36,489 nt of DNA, taken from NCBI GenBank assembly GCA_031284025.1, contig JAITAR010000109.1, positions 1-36,489 on the forward strand, given 5' to 3'. Source of the DNA: Rickettsiales bacterium (GTDB lineage: Bacteria; Pseudomonadota; Alphaproteobacteria; Rickettsiales; UBA1997). Below, piece after piece: positions 33,877-36,489 of this stretch. Within the stretch, counting starts at the first letter, position 1. Each line of letters starts with the position of its first letter. The notes under the pieces were generated by a model. That model saw only the letters and a program-made list of their open reading frames with translations, searched no databases and was not told the DNA's origin. The position numbers and the translations under genes are program-made.

Positions 33877-36489
33877 CTAGAAACTATAGTTTATACCAAA
33901 GTCGGCTACGGTTGATTTGTATTTGCTAGAAAATTGGTAATCAACTCTCAGGCTAAGGAGTAGACTTCTAGTCAGTTTATAGCTGAAACCCGTAGCTAGA
34001 AGGCCAAATAGTCTATCAACTTCTGTACCGATGCTTTTGAATTTATGATTTTGATAGTTTGCAAAACTAGCCGAAACCTCTGGTCTACTAAACGATAGCA
34101 GATATCTGGCTCCTAGTCCGACAAACGGTCTGAACTTGGTAAAATTCAGAGTTAGATCTAAATTAAAATCACTAGCAGTCAAATGATAACTGTTCTTATC
34201 TACCATCAAATTCAGTATTTCTCCATTTTTTTCCACAAATTCATCGTTAGTTAGCCAGAGAAGGTGTACTGCCACTGATGGAGTTACTGTCAGATAGTTT
34301 TTAACTATTAGTTTTTTTTCTATGGCTGTAGACATGCCAAATACATTGGTGGAAAAATCAGATTTCGCAATTGCATCTAATTTTTCTATACTTCTATCTA
34401 CTGCATAGTTATTTTTCCTATAGGATAGATCAAAAGCTATATTAAACTTACTAGCGGTATTAATTTCCAGCTGAAAAGCTATAGTTTTTTCTAAGATATG
34501 AGCTTTGCTGCCCTGATTTTCTCCGAAAGAATGGCTATCTAAGGTTCCACGAAATCCAACATTAATACTTCCGAACTGTTTAACAGCTTTTATTGAACCA
34601 CCCATGACATTATCTGCCATTCCATTGGCCAGTCTATTACCTATAAAATGTGGCTCTAGAACTATGGTATTCAAAGGAATATTTTCACTAATTTTTTCTC
34701 TGCGGCTGGAGAGTAGACTGTGAGTTATAGCGTCAGCTATAAATTTGGCGGACATTTGAGTCAGCGCTGTTTTTATATCATCATGGCTGCTGAATTTCTC
34801 AATGCGATTTAGTAAATCATCTATATTTTCATCATCTGGATTAGCTATTTTGATATCTGTCAGCACATTGTCAACACCCTTTTGATTTTCGTCCAGATAA
34901 TTTATAAAAGAAAATAAATTCATCTCTTCTAAATTATCCTCTATGATACTTTTTCTCGTAACGGTTATTGTGTAGATTTTTTTATCCAGAGAAAAGCCTC
35001 CTTTGATTTTCAGATTTTTTTGAGATTTTACTAGCTTGATATTTGCACCCTTGCCGATGACAATGGGGCTATCCGATACTAGAATGTCATAGCTTTTTCC
35101 CTCACCGTAGGTTCCCCGGGCAGCAACTATATCCAGAACAGTTCCCTGCTCCAGGATTATCTTTTTCGCTGTAATTTTATCACATTTATCTGGAAGTATC
35201 TCAAATCTGACTGTGCCAGAATTTGTGAAGTTAACCAGATCAATCTTAGTAGCTTCTGCACCAATTAGACTTAAATTTCCTCTGTTGACCAGGTTGACGT
35301 TTCTTATGGAACCGCCCTTTTCCAGCCTGAACCATCCTCCTGTGCCCTCTATGGTTACAATGCCATCACAATAATTTATTGTGTTAGGACGACCGTCATC
35401 GTCAAAATTATTTTCTACCTTCCCTTCTATAACATCGAAAACATTAACATTACCTCTTTCTAATTTAAAATTTAGCCGTGCACCATTTTCCATGTAGAAA
35501 GCATTTTGTCTACTTCCATCAATTGATCTATTCCCCCTGAATTCAGTCGATCTGTTTTGATCATTTTGTACTATAGTTACAATGGCAAGTTTTTGATTAA
35601 TTAACCCCCCTCCTATAACCATAGCTCCACTAATTATTGGATGGTTGTTCATTGAAGAGTTGTTTTCACTGACACTATCAATATTATTAACCAAACTAAG
35701 ACCTTTTTCAAAAATTACGTTTACATTACCGTAAACACAGATTGCGCTACCTTCATGTGCCCGATTGTCTTCAAATGTGGCCCATTCTTTAAATTTAGCA
35801 GTTAATCCTTGATTAACTTCATCGCACGCCATATAAATGGCTCCTCCGAAAGGTGAGATATTTTTAATAAAAATTGCCTCTTTTTCAAAAGTTAGTGATG
35901 ATTTTTTGAAAATAAATATGGCTCCTCCACCTCCCTCATCTGCCATAACCCACTTGCCAGGTTTTCTATTAGCATCGAATCTAGCTATTTTGTTATCCCT
36001 GAAGGTAACCTTTTTTTCAAAGGTCAATGATTTTTGATTTCCATCACCATAACTATATCCAGTAAAGCAAATAGCTCCCCCATGCCTAAGGGAGCTATTA
36101 CCTTCAAAGTTTGTCTCCTCTGCGCCAAAAATTAAATCCATGTTCTCGATGAAGATGGCACCACCACCATGACCTTTGCCGGCTTCACTGTTATTCCAAC
36201 TGAAGGTGGTAACTTTACCCCTGAAGGCTAGAACTCTATCTCCACTAGCATAGATCGCTCCTCCACTGAATACGCTATTGTTTTTTTCGAATTTGACATC
36301 TTCTAGTGTAATGTTTGTTCGTTCAGATGAGAAATTGATAGCTCCCCCACCTCTCCTCATATCATAAATTATATTATCATCAACAATTACGTTATTGCCA
36401 TTCATGAAACGTAAATTTTTCAAGGTAACATCATAAACTTTCTCGCTGCTATTATCGATCCTTGCGAATTGGAAAAGACCTATGTTTTG
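33877..36489 (-). CDS. Pmp-repeat autotransporter; the 5' end is outside the window
   Basis: The frame stays open for all 22 codons between the track TTG (36423) and the window edge, and no signal peptide is present, so the gene is truncated by the window. Motifs GGGAINF, SGGAIYA, GGGAIFI, HGGAICF, GGGAIFI and FGGAIYM occur with FEKN, FSWN, FEGN, FRDN, FIKN and FEDN. The C-terminal barrel ends in INYSF. Confidence 0.85.
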   Translation of the reverse strand, partial: QNIGLFQFARIDNSSEKVYDVTLKNLRFMNGNNVIVDDNIIYDMRRGGGAINFSSERTNITLEDVKFEKNNSVFSGGAIYASGDRVLAFRGKVTTFSWNNSEAGKGHGGGAIFIENMDLIFGAEETNFEGNSSLRHGGAICFTGYSYGDGNQKSLTFEKKVTFRDNKIARFDANRKPGKWVMADEGGGGAIFIFKKSSLTFEKEAIFIKNISPFGGAIYMACDEVNQGLTAKFKEWATFEDNRAHEGSAICVYGNVNVIFEKGLSLVNNIDSVSENNSSMNNHPIISGAMVIGGGLINQKLAIVTIVQNDQNRSTEFRGNRSIDGSRQNAFYMENGARLNFKLERGNVNVFDVIEGKVENNFDDDGRPNTINYCDGIVTIEGTGGWFRLEKGGSIRNVNLVNRGNLSLIGAEATKIDLVNFTNSGTVRFEILPDKCDKITAKKIILEQGTVLDIVAARGTYGEGKSYDILVSDSPIVIGKGANIKLVKSQKNLKIKGGFSLDKKIYTITVTRKSIIEDNLEEMNLFSFINYLDENQKGVDNVLTDIKIANPDDENIDDLLNRIEKFSSHDDIKTALTQMSAKFIADAITHSLLSSRREKISENIPLNTIVLEPHFIGNRLANGMADNVMGGSIKAVKQFGSINVGFRGTLDSHSFGENQGSKAHILEKTIAFQLEINTASKFNIAFDLSYRKNNYAVDRSIEKLDAIAKSDFSTNVFGMSTAIEKKLIVKNYLTVTPSVAVHLLWLTNDEFVEKNGEILNLMVDKNSYHLTASDFNLDLTLNFTKFRPFVGLGARYLLSFSRPEVSASFANYQNHKFKSIGTEVDRLFGLLATGFSYKLTRSLLLSLRVDYQFSSKYKSTVADFGINYSF

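Noticed and set aside
34312-34319. A8/T8 homopolymer tracts inside coding regions (also for example 16493..16500, 16870..16877, 4411..4418, 30303..30310), considered as phase-variation switches
   Set aside because: Tracts of this length are common in AT-rich Lys-rich coding sequence. They occur in housekeeping genes too, and none lies at a position suggesting an on/off switch.

Overview
The window is AT-rich (roughly one-third G+C by eye), tightly packed, and mostly housekeeping DNA from a Gram-negative bacterium with the look of a reduced, host-associated genome. The lpxA-lpxI pairing, a type-2-like IleRS, a small beta-barrel OMP and Pmp-type autotransporters are compatible with an intracellular alphaproteobacterium-like organism. 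That is inference only; I cannot assign taxonomy. I saw no rRNA, tRNA, CRISPR array, transposase or IS end.

Gene content, left to right:
- Two tandem Pmp-repeat autotransporters (-), then rho (+) with an acidic N-terminal extension.
- mreC and mreB (-); HU, lgt and an adenosine-deaminase-family gene (+).
- gltX and ileS (-); then a Stealth-family phosphotransferase followed by mraY (-).
- A divergent ftsW-like SEDS gene, an SH3b-NlpC/P60 peptidase and a beta-barrel OMP (+).
- A small acidic ORF followed by ruvB (-).
- On the minus strand, in transcription order: glmU, parA, parB, a MurD-like gene and tmk.
- A membrane-anchored poly-Glu protein followed by a Ca-type P-type ATPase (+).
- lpxA then lpxI (-), and a third Pmp autotransporter (-) that runs off the right edge.

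Main hunt results:
1. The IleRS ORF carries an in-frame insertion of about 170 aa. It reads as a YjcF/ElaA-type GNAT acetyltransferase, placed between the catalytic core and the anticodon-binding helices. The same IleRS also lacks the usual C-terminal domains. This is my best candidate for something undescribed.
2. The MurD homolog sits in the parAB-tmk operon rather than the dcw cluster, and several catalytic motif residues are substituted. A Stealth-family gene occupies the murD slot upstream of mraY.
3. A single-TM protein with a Glu-rich tail of about 120 aa is encoded 25 nt upstream of a P2A-like (Ca-site-conserving) ATPase. The tail is encoded by a GAA-rich polypurine tract with 30-nt periodicity.
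4. A perfect parS palindrome and two DnaA boxes lie upstream of parA, and two further perfect DnaA boxes lie nearby.

All functional calls come from reading motifs in the supplied translations. I ran no database search.
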